Shown: positions 38,054 to 53,739 of the stretch, piece after piece
Layout of the letters: each line of letters begins with the position of its first letter
How positions within the stretch are numbered: position 1 is the stretch's first letter
Source of the DNA: an uncultured delta proteobacterium
GTDB taxonomy: Bacteria > Myxococcota > Kuafuiibacteriia > Kuafuiibacteriales > Kuafuiibacteriaceae
Length of the DNA stretch: 64,000 nucleotides
Assembly (NCBI GenBank): GCA_963803435.1
Contig: CAWDML010000009.1
Span: 1,216,001-1,280,000, forward strand
Reading direction: 5' to 3'
Position numbers and translations under genes: made by a program
Notes under the pieces: generated by a model
The model's input: the letters and a program-made list of their open reading frames with translations, nothing else
What the model was told of the DNA's origin: nothing
Database searches by the model: none

Positions 38054-38632
38054 TCAAGGCCCGCCCGGATTTGACCGGGCGGATCGGCGGAGTCGAAGCA
38101 CCAGCGGCCGGCCCCGGTCGAGCCGGACCCGGTGCAGAGCGAAGGGGTCGGGGGTGAGCTCACCCTGGCTCGCAAAGGCCACCTCCCACCCCGCCGTCAG
38201 ATCGACCACCACCGGCACGTGGGTGTCGCGCGCCTTGGTCTGATCCGAGAATCGCAGCTCGATTGCGGCTTTGGGCGGCAGCGGCGCGGAGTAGAGGAGC
38301 GCCACGCCGAGCGTATCGTCGGCCGCGACGGGGAGATCGGTGCGGTACGGCGTCTTCGAGATGCGCGACAGCGCCACCTTCTCTCCGTCGATCCGGAGCT
38401 CGAAGTAGAGCATCGCCATCTGCTCGAGATAGCCCGTCAACTTGTCTTGCTCCTCGCTCGAGAGCCTGCCGTCCGCGTCGCGATCGAACAGGCCGCGGAT
38501 CTGGAGGGCATCCTGACCCGGGCTGACGTCGTAGTTGACGGCCAGCAGCACCTGCGCCTCCTTGACGCCGATCCGGAGCAGCTTCGGGTGCGTGAACTGG
38601 TGCGCGACCAGGAGCAAGAGGAGGCCGAGCAC
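38054..38632 (-). CDS. Exported hypothetical protein with an EF-hand-like DxDxDG motif
   Basis: Signal-like start; FDRDADGRLSSEE. Confidence 0.65.
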   Translation of the reverse strand: MLGLLLLLVAHQFTHPKLLRIGVKEAQVLLAVNYDVSPGQDALQIRGLFDRDADGRLSSEEQDKLTGYLEQMAMLYFELRIDGEKVALSRISKTPYRTDLPVAADDTLGVALLYSAPLPPKAAIELRFSDQTKARDTHVPVVVDLTAGWEVAFASQGELTPDPFALHRVRLDRGRPLVLRLRRSARSNPGGP

Positions 38633-38679
38633 GCCGTCCAGTGTTGCACGGTGAGGGCGCCAAAGAGAATGATCTCGGC

Positions 38680-40212
38680 GTGCGATCCGCCGCTGTCCTG
38701 GTCCTCCTCGCCGGCTGCAGCCGTTGCGGCGAGGCCGTGCCGGATCGTCCGCTCACCATCGGCACGCTCTACGAGCCGACCACGCTCGATCCCGCGTTCG
38801 CCGACACCACGCCCGATCGAGAGATGGTCGAGCTCCTCTATCGCGGCTTGACCGTCGTCGACGACACGGGCCGACTCCAGCCTTCGCTGGCCGAGCGCCT
38901 CCCCGAGGCCACCACCGCCACCGACGGAACGGAGCACGTGCGTTGGCGCCTCCGCGCCGGGTACGCGTGGTCGGACGGCCGCCCCATCACTTCCACCGAC
39001 GTGCTGTTCGGCCACCTGATCGAGGTCGACGATCGCCTGGAGACGAGCAACCACGCGTCCGCGAAGAACGTCGCCCGCATGTCCGCCGAGGGTCCCTACG
39101 CGTTCACCACCGTCTGGAAGCGCCCGTACATCGACCACGCGGAGCCGCGGGTCCACGCGATCCTCCCCGCGCACGCGTATCCCTCGCCTGCGCCGCACGG
39201 CTTCGCCGGGATGGTGCGGGCTGAGGTGTCGAGCGGTCCCTATCGGCTGGAGGCGTGGGTGCCCGGGCAGTACCTGGCCGTCGTGCCGAACCCGGGATGG
39301 GGCGGTTCGCCTCCGCAGATCCCGCGCATCGTCTTTCGCTTCTTCAAGTCGGAGGACGGGCTGGTGGCGGCGTTCGAGGCCGGCGAGGTCGACGCCGCCG
39401 GCGAGGGATCGGGCCTCGGCCTCGACGCGGCGGATCTGCTGGCCGCGCACCTCGAAGCGACACACGTCGTCGACATGCAGCCGTCGGGAGGGTGGCTGCA
39501 TCTCGCGGTCAGGCTCGACCAACCCCCGCTGTCCGACGACCGCGTTCGCCGCGCGATCTCCATGGCGATCGATCGCGACGCGCTCGCCCGCGTGGTCTAC
39601 CACGGACACGCCCAGCCGGCGTTCGGCGTGTTCCCGGAGGGACACCCGGGCCACGCCGGTGCGGGCCCGCTCGCCTTCGACCCGGACGGTGCGCGACGAC
39701 TGATCGAGGCGGCCGGTGCGACGGGCGCGAAGATCGAGCTGATGTATCCGAGCAGCCCGGCCGCAGCGCGCGCTTCGGAGCTGATCGCCGAGGCGCTGAA
39801 GAACGTCGGGATCGAAGTGGACACGATCGGCGTCAACTTCCGGGTCCTGTCCGACAAGCTGCGCGCGAAGACGCAGGCTGGGTTGACGCTGTACGTCTGG
39901 CGGATCAGCCCGCTGTGGGACGGCCGCTCGCTGCTCCACTCGAGCGGAGCTCAGAACGCGTCCGGCCTCCACGACGCCGAGCTGGACCGGCTGCTCGACG
40001 ACGCGGAGGTCAGCACCGACCGCGCCGCGTGGAGTCGGCTCGTGCTGCAAGTGAACTTGCGCTTCCAGAAGGTCCTCCCGGACATCCCGCTCCTGTTCAA
40101 GGAGGTCCCCACGGTTCGCCCCAAAGGGCTCGACGGCTGGGCCCCCACCGGCAGCCGGACGCCTGTCACCTGGAACGCGGAGCGATGGCGGAATACCCGT
40201 TCCTCACCCTGA
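38680..40212 (+). CDS. Peptide ABC transporter substrate-binding lipoprotein (family 5)
   Basis: Lipobox LAGC; EPTTLDP, PSLAE, WSDGRPITSTDV, GPYRL and VRRAISMAIDR. Confidence 0.9.
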   Translation: MRSAAVLVLLAGCSRCGEAVPDRPLTIGTLYEPTTLDPAFADTTPDREMVELLYRGLTVVDDTGRLQPSLAERLPEATTATDGTEHVRWRLRAGYAWSDGRPITSTDVLFGHLIEVDDRLETSNHASAKNVARMSAEGPYAFTTVWKRPYIDHAEPRVHAILPAHAYPSPAPHGFAGMVRAEVSSGPYRLEAWVPGQYLAVVPNPGWGGSPPQIPRIVFRFFKSEDGLVAAFEAGEVDAAGEGSGLGLDAADLLAAHLEATHVVDMQPSGGWLHLAVRLDQPPLSDDRVRRAISMAIDRDALARVVYHGHAQPAFGVFPEGHPGHAGAGPLAFDPDGARRLIEAAGATGAKIELMYPSSPAAARASELIAEALKNVGIEVDTIGVNFRVLSDKLRAKTQAGLTLYVWRISPLWDGRSLLHSSGAQNASGLHDAELDRLLDDAEVSTDRAAWSRLVLQVNLRFQKVLPDIPLLFKEVPTVRPKGLDGWAPTGSRTPVTWNAERWRNTRSSP

Positions 40213-40345
40213 CAGGCGCCGTTGGAAGCGGCTCGGGCGCCTTCGAGGGGGACCGCACCCACCCTGATGGACGCAGGTCGAAAGTCTACGTATTTTTGGG
40301 GGGGACGGTGACTCTCGGGGTCAGCCCTAGCTGGAGCCGCACGCC

Positions 40346-42457
40346 GTGAACGCCCGCGCGCGATCGCCGGTGGCCTTCGGCCCCTACATCATCACCCGGC
40401 GGATCGCCCGCGGCGGGATGGCCGAGATCTACCGCGCGCGAACACGGAAGGGTGACGCGCGTTGGGTGGCGGTCAAGATGATGCGACCGTCGCTCGGCCA
40501 CGAGGAGCTGCGCGCCCGCCTGTTCCAGCGCGAGGCCCGGATCGCGAGCAAGATGCTCCAGGACAACATCGTTCCCGTCTTCGAGTTCGGGACCGAGATG
40601 GATCGCCCCTACATCGCGATGGAATACATCCGCGGGCGCGATCTCTCCCATCTGCTCAAGAACGAGAAGAAGGGCCGCGAGCTCATCGACTACGAGCTCG
40701 CCCTCTACATCGGTCTGCTCGCCGCCGCCGGGCTCGGGCACGCCCACCGCCTCATCGACGAAGAGACGGGACCGCTCGGCATCGTTCATCGCGACATCAG
40801 CCCCGGAAACGTGATGATCGGCTACGACGGCTCGGTCAAGGTCCTCGACTTCGGCGTGGCCCGCATGAACGAGACCCAGGGCGTCCACACGCAGACCGGC
40901 ACGCTCCGCGGCAAGTTCGCGTACATGTCGCCCGAGCAGACGCTGGGCGAGGACCTCGACGCGCGGAGCGACGTGTTCTCCCTGGGCACGGTCCTCTACG
41001 AGCTCCTCACCGGGATCAACTGCTTCCGGGCCCAGAATCCCATCGCGACGCTCGAGCGGGTCCAGGGGCTCCGCCCGGTCCCGCCGAGCCGAGCGAACCG
41101 TGCGATCCCGAAGGTCGTCGATCGGATCCTGGCGCGCTGCCTGGCCAAGGACAAGAAGCGCCGCTTCAAGGACTGTCGCGCGCTCGAGGACGCGATCGGC
41201 GACTTCCTCGATCGACGCCGACCCGATCTCCGCGAGCGCGTCGTCGCGCACATGGAGAAGGAGTTCTCGTGGGAGAAGCACGAGGAGGAGCAGGAGCTCA
41301 CGCGCGAGGAGGAGGAGGTCGCGCTCTTCGACGTGGTCGACTTCGCGCTTCTCTCCGAGGTGGGCGGGCTCGACGCGCGCAACGTCAAGGTCGCCGAGGA
41401 GGAGGAAGCCTCGCAGGCCGAGGTCAAGCGCGGCGGGATCCGGAAGGAAGAGGAGGGCCAGGAGGTCTTCGACGAGGCGTCCGCCCACGAGCAGCCGACC
41501 AGCCGGATCTCCAGCGAGCTTCGTCAGCGCGTGGGCTCGATGCAGCGCCTGACGGACGACGAGGACAAGACCGTCGCGCAGCCGTCGCTCCCGCTGTTCG
41601 AGCACAGCGAGGACCAGGTCCTCGAGGGCCAGCTTCAGGTGTCGTCGCTGTTGAGCCAGGCCGACCCGGACACGCTTCCACCCTCGCCGCATCCGATCCT
41701 CTCCAAGGCCGCCATGCCTCTGCAGCGGCTCACCACCGAGCCGGGGACCTCGCCGCCGACGGTCGTTCCGCGAGCCGGCCTGCCGTTCTACAAGCGCCCG
41801 ATCGCGGTGGCGCTGGCCGTCACGCTGCTGGTCCTCGCGGTGGCCGGCGCGGTCACGGTGGGATCGCAGGGCGAGGAGCCGGAGGAGATCGAGCCGGACT
41901 TATCGCCGCCCACCACGAAGCTCGAGCCGATCACGCTGACGCTCGACGATCCGCCCCCCGCCAAGCGGGCGGAGCCGCCCGAGCCGAAGCACCACAAGAA
42001 GCTCCGTCTGCCGGGCGAGGGACCGGAGATCGCGACCGACGAGGCCACGCCCGTGTCCGTCACGCCGCCTCCACCGCCTCCGCCCGCGCGGATGGATCCA
42101 CCGCCGCCGCCGGTCGTCCGCCGCGTCGATCCCCCGCCGCCGCCGCCGAAGCGCGAGCGCGAGCGCGATCATGACCGGCGCGGGCCGGATCCGCAGGTGA
42201 AGAAGAAGGTTCAGAAGCGCTCGGCTCGCAAGGTGGTGGCCACCGGGTTCCTGAACGTGGGGGCCCGGCCGTGGGCGCACATCACCATCGACGGCAAGCG
42301 CTGGCCGTACCAGACCCCGCAGGCGGGCATCGAGCTGCCGGCGGGCAAGCACCAGGTCACGCTCACCAACGACGAGACGGGCGTGACGAAGAATCAGTCG
42401 GTGATCATCAAGGCGGGGGCGTATCGGACCGTCATGCTGGACATGCGGAAGAAGTGA
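40346..42457 (+). CDS. Membrane Ser/Thr protein kinase with Pro-rich and PEGA-like C-terminus
   Basis: GGMAEIY, VAVK, HRDISPGN, DFG, YMSPE and SDVFSLG; TM helix; PWAHITIDG. Confidence 0.93.
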   Translation: MNARARSPVAFGPYIITRRIARGGMAEIYRARTRKGDARWVAVKMMRPSLGHEELRARLFQREARIASKMLQDNIVPVFEFGTEMDRPYIAMEYIRGRDLSHLLKNEKKGRELIDYELALYIGLLAAAGLGHAHRLIDEETGPLGIVHRDISPGNVMIGYDGSVKVLDFGVARMNETQGVHTQTGTLRGKFAYMSPEQTLGEDLDARSDVFSLGTVLYELLTGINCFRAQNPIATLERVQGLRPVPPSRANRAIPKVVDRILARCLAKDKKRRFKDCRALEDAIGDFLDRRRPDLRERVVAHMEKEFSWEKHEEEQELTREEEEVALFDVVDFALLSEVGGLDARNVKVAEEEEASQAEVKRGGIRKEEEGQEVFDEASAHEQPTSRISSELRQRVGSMQRLTDDEDKTVAQPSLPLFEHSEDQVLEGQLQVSSLLSQADPDTLPPSPHPILSKAAMPLQRLTTEPGTSPPTVVPRAGLPFYKRPIAVALAVTLLVLAVAGAVTVGSQGEEPEEIEPDLSPPTTKLEPITLTLDDPPPAKRAEPPEPKHHKKLRLPGEGPEIATDEATPVSVTPPPPPPPARMDPPPPPVVRRVDPPPPPPKRERERDHDRRGPDPQVKKKVQKRSARKVVATGFLNVGARPWAHITIDGKRWPYQTPQAGIELPAGKHQVTLTNDETGVTKNQSVIIKAGAYRTVMLDMRKK

Positions 42458-42464
42458 CGGGGGC

Positions 42465-42665
42465 TCAATCCGCGCTGCCGGCGTCGAGCCCGGCGGCCGT
42501 GCTGGACGTTCCGGACTTCACGCAGACCCACCGCGTGGGGTGACACTCGTAGCCGTCGACGCAGTCGTCCGGACCGCGGCAGGGGTACGTCATTCCGTCG
42601 ACGTCGTAGTCCGCGAGGCAGGCACAGAGAAGCGGGAGCAGCAGGATGAGGAGCGCGCGCCTCAT
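42465..42665 (-). CDS. Small Cys-rich lipoprotein
   Basis: MRRALLILLLPLLCAC..CRGPDDCVDGYEC. Confidence 0.65.
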   Translation of the reverse strand: MRRALLILLLPLLCACLADYDVDGMTYPCRGPDDCVDGYECHPTRWVCVKSGTSSTAAGLDAGSAD

Positions 42666-43927
42666 GGGGAGTCGGATGCTATCAGATCGTAGACCATCCA
42701 GGCTGCCATTCCGGTGATCGCGGCGGTGCCGACCCCGAGCAGCACTGCGCCCGAAGTAGCGCGGAGGTTTACGTCGGACTCTCAATCGAAGGCCTCACGC
42801 TGCGTGAGCGCCCCTTCGCGGGACATCAGATCCTTCTGTGCACCGACCGCCAGCACCCGGAGCGCCACGCCGCCTGCGATCGCGGCCGCGCCCGCGCCCG
42901 CGCCGACCCATGCCCACCCGGAGATACCGTGCGGAGACCCGGCGCCCGTGTCGAACATCTGCGAGAGCGCGAGCCGCACGCCCTCGTCCGAGTCGTCGGC
43001 CTCGTACCGCTGCGCGTCCTCACCGGAGGCGCCGACGCTCCGCAGATTGATGCGGCCCTGATTGAGGCCGGCCACCACCACGACCACCGCGCCGGCCTCG
43101 GCGCCGAGCTCGAGGACGCGGGAGGCGAGGGCGGGGCCCAGCGGCTTGGCGGCGGGTTGGCGGCGGAGCGCGGCCGAGATGTCCGAGGTGAGGAGAAACT
43201 TCGCCTCCTGCGGGCCCAGATTGGAGGTCGTGACCCAGGCGTCGGCGGCGAAGTAGCCGCTCTCGGTCACCTCGACGCGGTGGCTCCCGGGCCGGACGTC
43301 GAGCTCGAGCGGAGTCACGCCGACCTTGGCGCCGTCGAGGCGAACGTCCGCACCCGGTGGAACGGTGGTCACCGACAGCTTGGTGTCGGACGCGGGCGTG
43401 GCAGACTTCAGCCGCTCGATGAGCTCGGGCGGCCAGGTGGGCGGGCCTTCGGCGCCGTACCGAGTGGCGTACTCGAGGATGCGCTCCGTGATGTGCTCGT
43501 CGTTGCGGAGCGCGTAGGCGAGGGCGACGCCGAGCGCGAGCCGCTCCTTGTCCAGCTCGACCGACTCCTCGAGGCCGAGCACCGGCGCGAGCAGCTCGGT
43601 CGCCTTGGCGTAGCCGGCCTGGGCCTGGTCGAGCTCGAAGTTGCGGAGCGCTCGCTGCGCCTTTCTCAGCGCCCGCTGCGCGCTCTTCAAGGTGTGGGTG
43701 GGCCGCTCCGGCTCGACCGAGGCGAACAGGCGACGTTCGATGGTCTCGTCGATCGACGTGAGACCGGTGCGCTCGGCGAGGGCGGAGCGCACGCGCGATC
43801 GAAGGGCTTCGGCGTTCGGACCGTCCGGCTTCAAGCCGATGGTGGCGACCGCCACCCGGATCGGCTCGGCGCGCGCTTCCGGCGCGATCGACGCGATCAG
43901 CGAGACCGAGAGGAGGACCCGCCGCAC
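42662..43927 (-). CDS. PEGA-domain protein; in-frame TGA at 42782-42784 before the last 39 codons
   Basis: LSVTTVPPGADVRLDG..GVTPL..PGSHRV. The frame continues after the TGA as ESDVNLRATSGAVLLGVGTAAITGMAAWMVY to a stop overlapping the next ATG. Confidence 0.75.
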
Positions 43928-43951
43928 GACCCGGACGCTAACACGGCACGG

Positions 43952-45127
43952 CTACCCGATTGGATCCTCGATCGCCTTTCCCGTGGCGTCCTTCACCAGG
44001 ATTGCGCGAAACCCGTGAGCCTCCGCATAGGCGCGCGCCTCCACCGCGGGAATGACGACCGCCCGCTCGCCCCGGCGGCGGCGACGTGCCGCCTCGTCCG
44101 CGAGCTCGGGCGGTACCACGACACCCCGGCGGCGGGGCGCCTCCGCCGTCGAGCCGATCAGAGCCCCCACGTCGATCGCCAGGCCGACCGCGGGCTCGTC
44201 CCGACCAAAACGTCGGAGCAGCCCATCGTAGCGGCCGCCGCTCATCACCGCGTCGGACGCGCCCTCCACGTATCCTGCGAAGAACGGTCCGGTGTAGTAG
44301 TCGAGGCTTCGGCGCTCCCCCAGATCGAAGGTGAGCGAGACCTCCGGGTGAGCGTTCGCCAACGACGCCGCCAGCGCCTCCAGCTCGTCGAGCGCCGCCG
44401 CCACCGCCTTGGGCGCGCCCGCCAGCAGGCGCCGCGCCCGGGGAAAGATCCGGGCGTCCCCGTACAGATCGACCAAGACCTCGAGCCGCGGCGCCAGCGC
44501 TCGCACGCGCGCCGCGTCCTTGCTCGCCAGCGCACGACCGATCTCGATCGGATCCGCGGTGCCGTCGAGCAGCGCCTCCGCGATCGCCGAGTGGCCGAGG
44601 TCGATCGTCACGCGCCGCCCGACCGCGCGGAAGCACTCGGCGCCGATGGAGAGCACCTCCAGATCCGCCTCCGGACCTCGTGCACCGATCAGCTCGATCC
44701 CGGACTGGAAGAGCTCGCGGGCGGACATCCCCCGGCCCAGCGGGTCCGAGGCGCGCGCGATCACCCCCTGATAGGCGATCCGCAGGGGCCGCGGCGCGCT
44801 CCCCATCCGGGCCGCCACCATGCGCGCGACCTGCGCCGTGAAGTCGGGCCGGAGGACCGAGACCTCGCCCGTGGACGGATCCACCAAACGGAACGCCGAC
44901 CGACGAGCGCTGTCGCCCAGGCCCACCTCGAGCGTCTCGAGCAGCTCGACCATCGGCGTCAGGACCTGCTGGTAGCCGTACAGATCGAAGACGTAGGCGA
45001 GCGCGTCCTGATGCGTGCGAAGGGCGTGCGCGGTGCGGGGCGGATGGTCGACGACGCCCTCGGGGAGGCGAACGTTATTTCGCGAACGCCCCTTTTGTGA
45101 GGGAGACTGTGCTTCGGCGTTGCCCAT
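43952..45127 (-). CDS. hisZ: ATP phosphoribosyltransferase regulatory subunit
   Basis: LPEGVVD, LRPDFTAQVAR, QSGIELIG, DYYTG and SGGRYDGL; start uncertain. Confidence 0.88.
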   Translation of the reverse strand: MGNAEAQSPSQKGRSRNNVRLPEGVVDHPPRTAHALRTHQDALAYVFDLYGYQQVLTPMVELLETLEVGLGDSARRSAFRLVDPSTGEVSVLRPDFTAQVARMVAARMGSAPRPLRIAYQGVIARASDPLGRGMSARELFQSGIELIGARGPEADLEVLSIGAECFRAVGRRVTIDLGHSAIAEALLDGTADPIEIGRALASKDAARVRALAPRLEVLVDLYGDARIFPRARRLLAGAPKAVAAALDELEALAASLANAHPEVSLTFDLGERRSLDYYTGPFFAGYVEGASDAVMSGGRYDGLLRRFGRDEPAVGLAIDVGALIGSTAEAPRRRGVVVPPELADEAARRRRRGERAVVIPAVEARAYAEAHGFRAILVKDATGKAIEDPIG

Positions 45128-45142
45128 GGAGTCCGAGGAGCG

Positions 45143-46123
45143 ATGTACCTCCTGAGGCGTCTCTTGCAAACGATCCTGCTGCTCGGGTGCCTCTCGGTCG
45201 GCCTTTTCTTCCTCTTTCACCTCATGCCGGGCGACACCGAGGAGGAGCTCCTCGGCCAGAACCCCGCGCTCACCGCGGAGGAGGCGGCGCGAATCCGCAG
45301 CCTCCGGGGGCTCGATCGTCCCATCCTCGACCGCTACGCCTGCTGGGTGATCGGCCGTCGCAAGTCGGCTTGCACCTGGTGGCCCTCCGGCGGGCTGGTG
45401 GCGGGCGATCTCGGCTTCTCCTCGGTCCATCACCTCCCGGTGACCGCGGTGGTGGCGGAGCGGCTGCCCAACACGCTGCGACTGATGGTCCCGGCCCTGA
45501 TCTTCGGCCTCCTCCTCGCGATCCCGCTGGGCGTGACCGCGGCGGTGCGAAAGGATCGATTCGCCGATCGCGTGATCAACGCGTTCACGTTCGTGGGCAC
45601 GGCCGCGCCGGTGCACTGGGTCGCGCTCCTGTTCGTGCTGCTCTTCGCGATCGAGCTCCGGTGGCTCCCGACCGGAGGCATCCACGCGATCGGCGACCCG
45701 TCGCTCCGATCGACGATCGTCCATCTGCTCCTGCCCGTCGGCGTGTCCGCGATCTTCTTCGCGGGCCGCTGGGCGCGCCATCTTCGCTCCGCGATGCTCG
45801 AGGTCCTCTCGTCGGAGTTCATCGACGCGGCCCGCTCGAAGGGGCTCCCAGAGCGAACGGTGGTGTATCGCCACGCGCTCAAGAACGCACTCCTGCCGTT
45901 GATCACGGAGGTCACCCAGACGCTGCCCGCGCTCTTCTCCGGCACGCTGGTGATCGAGCGGATCTTCTCGTATCCGGGGATCGGGCTGCTCATCTTCGAG
46001 AGCGTGGAGCGGGACGATCACCTGGTGGCGGTGGTGGTGGTCTTGATCTCGGCGGCGCTGACAGCCGCCGGAATGCTGGTCGCCGACCTCGCATACTACG
46101 CGGCCGACCCGAGGACCCGGTGA
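45143..46123 (+). CDS. Peptide ABC transporter permease (OppB/DppB type)
   Basis: GLDRP, GDLGFS, AARSKGL..HALKNA and IERIFSYPGIG. Confidence 0.92.
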   Translation: MYLLRRLLQTILLLGCLSVGLFFLFHLMPGDTEEELLGQNPALTAEEAARIRSLRGLDRPILDRYACWVIGRRKSACTWWPSGGLVAGDLGFSSVHHLPVTAVVAERLPNTLRLMVPALIFGLLLAIPLGVTAAVRKDRFADRVINAFTFVGTAAPVHWVALLFVLLFAIELRWLPTGGIHAIGDPSLRSTIVHLLLPVGVSAIFFAGRWARHLRSAMLEVLSSEFIDAARSKGLPERTVVYRHALKNALLPLITEVTQTLPALFSGTLVIERIFSYPGIGLLIFESVERDDHLVAVVVVLISAALTAAGMLVADLAYYAADPRTR

Positions 46124-46941
46124 TGACGAAGCCGGCGGTGATCTTCCTGGTGGTGGTGGCGGTCCTCTGCTTCGGCGCCCCGCTGGCCGGGCTCGACGCC
46201 TACCACCTGGATCCGAACGCGCTCTACGCACCGCCCTCGACGGCGCACTGGCTCGGCACGGACGCCGACGGCCGCGACTTCCTGGCGCGCCTTCTCTACG
46301 GCGGGCGCGTCTCCCTTCTGGTCGCCGTGATCACGGCCGCCGCCGCGGTCTCGCTGGGCGCGTCCGTCGGCCTGGTGGCCGGTTACTTCGGCGGCGCCGT
46401 CGACGCCGTGATCATGCGCGTGATCGAGGCGAACCTCTCGATCCCCAAGCTGCCGCTCATGCTGCTGATCGCCGCGCTCGATCTGCGGCGGTTCTTCCCC
46501 CCGAAGAGCGAGCTCGGCTCGATCGCCACGGTCGCGATCGTGGTGGCGCTGTTCGGGTGGACGACGGCCGCTCGGCTGGCCCGCGCCGCGACGCGCTCGC
46601 TGCGCCAGCAAGACTTCGTGGTCGCCGCCCGCGCGCTGGGCTTCTCGACGCTCCGCATCCTGCGCCACCACGTGCTCCCCTCCGCCGCCGCGCCCTTGAT
46701 CGTCGCCACCACGCTCTCCCTCGGCGAGATCGTCCTCTACGAGAGCGTGCTCTCCTTCCTGGGCCTCGGCGTCCAGCCTCCCGTCCCCTCGTGGGGCGCC
46801 ATGCTCGCGCGCGGCCTGGTCGACCTCTCCCGCGCCCCCCGCCTGATCGTGCTCCCCGGCCTCCTCACGTTCGCCGTCGTGGTCGCCTTTCAGCTCGCCG
46901 GCGACGGCCTCCGGGACGCGCTCGATCCCCGCACGAGTTGA
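46123..46941 (+). CDS. Peptide ABC transporter permease (OppC/DppC type)
   Basis: HWLGTDADGRD, AARALG, ESVLSFLGLG and GDGLRDALDP. Confidence 0.92.
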   Translation: MTKPAVIFLVVVAVLCFGAPLAGLDAYHLDPNALYAPPSTAHWLGTDADGRDFLARLLYGGRVSLLVAVITAAAAVSLGASVGLVAGYFGGAVDAVIMRVIEANLSIPKLPLMLLIAALDLRRFFPPKSELGSIATVAIVVALFGWTTAARLARAATRSLRQQDFVVAARALGFSTLRILRHHVLPSAAAPLIVATTLSLGEIVLYESVLSFLGLGVQPPVPSWGAMLARGLVDLSRAPRLIVLPGLLTFAVVVAFQLAGDGLRDALDPRTS

Positions 46942-48794
46942 CATTTCTCCCCCCGCCGTCGTTCACCTCCACGGTCATCGCCGACACCGAGATCAAGAAG
47001 ACGCAGGTCGATCTCCTCGGCCTGATGGAGGTCCTGGGCAAGAACCTCTACTCGACGCCCACCGTGGCGATCCGAGAGCTCGTGCAGAACGCGCACGACG
47101 CGTGCGTCCGCCGCAGCCTCGAGGATCCCTCCACGCCCGACCTTTCCATCGTCGTCGCCCCCCGCGGCCAGCGCATCATCATCGTCGAGGACACGGGCGC
47201 CGGCCTCACCAAGGATGAGATCGAGCGCTACCTCGCCACCGTCGGCGCCGGCTACACGCGCCGACTCCGCGAGCAACCGTCGGCCCCGAAAGAGGCGGGG
47301 CATCCCGGCTCTCAACTCATTGGTCAATTCGGGCTGGGATTCCTGACGGCGTTCATCGTCAGCGAGCGCGTCGACGTCTACACCACCTCGTACCGGGCTC
47401 CCGGCGAGGGCTGGCACTTCTCCAGCAAGACCGGCGAGCAATACACGCTCACGCCCATCGATCCCCGCCCCGTCGGCATGCGCGTCGAGCTCGTGCTCTC
47501 GCCGCGGTTCACGGACCTCGCCGACGAGGAGGTCCTGGCCCGCCTGCTCGAGCACTACTGTATGTTGCTGCCCATTTCGATCTACGCCGACGAGGCGCGC
47601 ACCGAATGTGTGAACCCGGCGCCGCCGCCCTGGCGCGTCCCCGATCTCTCCCCGCTGCGCCGCCGCAAGCTCTCGCTCGAGCTGGCGCAGCGCTTCGAGA
47701 GCTTCTTCGAGCCGCTCTGCACCTTCGATTCTCGAAGGCGGCCCGGCCGAGGGTCTGCTCTGGATCCAGGACGGCTCCACGTTCGCGACCTCCGACAACC
47801 GCAACGTCGCCGTGTTCGTCCGCGGGATGATGGTGAGCCGAGACGAGCGCGAGCTCCTCCCCACCTGGGCCGGCTTCGCAGGCGGTGTGGTCGAGTCCGA
47901 TGCGCTCTCGCCGACGGCGAGCCGGGAGGATCTCCAGAAGGACGAGGTCTATCGGGCCGTCGCCGCTCAGGTGCAGCGCACGCTCGTCGACGGCCTCTCC
48001 CGCGCGGCCCAGGACGAGCCTGAGACCTGGAACCGCGTCCTCATGCGCCACAACGAGGCGCTCCTCGGTGCGGCCCTCTGCGATCTCTCGCTGTTCGATC
48101 TCCTCCAGGACGAGCTCACCGTCCCCACCTCGGAGGGCGAGCTGACGATGCCGCAGATCGCGCGTCGCTCGGGCGATCGGATCTTCGTCTCGATCGGCGA
48201 GAAGGGCAGCTTCGAGGAGACGCTCTTCCGTGCGCTCTCCAAGCCGGTGGTGCTCGGCACGCGGTACGCCGCCTTCCCCTTCGCGGTGCGCTGGGGCGAG
48301 CGGCGCGACCTCCCCGTGATCCGGCTCGGCACGCCCGAGGGCAACCGCGCCCTCTTCACGCGCGCCGAGGTCGATCCGGAGGAGCGCGCGCTCCTCGAGC
48401 GCCTCCTCGTCGACGGCGAGCAGGAGCTGGTGCCGAGCGTGTTCGAGCCGGCCTCGCTCCCGCTGGTGCTGATGCCGGATCGCGAGGCGATGCTGAAGGC
48501 GCGGCTCGAGGCCGACGAGGCCGACCGTCGAATCGGGGCCGCGGTCCTGGGCTTGGCCCGCCTGTACACCGACACGATCGAGTCGCGCGCCGAGGCGCGC
48601 CTGTACGTCAACGTCGGCTCACCGGTGATCCGGAAGCTGCTCTCGGCCCCGGAGCCGAAGCGCACCGCGGCCGGCGGGCTCCTGCGCGGGCTCGCCGGTC
48701 TGATGGCCAGCCACTCGGACGAGGCGAGCGCCGAGCAGCTCGCCGATACGCTGGCCCGCTTCATGACCAGCGTCGAGCAGCTCCTGGAGCCGTG

Positions 48795-48795
<1 letters not shown>
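46938..48795 (+). CDS. Hsp90/HtpG-like GHKL ATPase (divergent paralogue); frameshift near 47735
   Basis: LYST..IRELVQNAHDA, EDTGAGL, IGQFGLGF, then VFVRGMMV..LLPTWAGF..PTASREDL. Confidence 0.85.
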
Positions 48796-53681
<4,886 letters not shown>

Positions 53682-53739
53682 GGCGCCTCGCCTGAGACCC
53701 ACCCTCCGCGAAGAAGCGCGCGCGCTTCTCTCCCTCGGC

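Noticed and set aside
42782-42784. Selenocysteine codon
   Set aside because: Not a redox or catalytic context, and no recognisable SECIS-like hairpin.
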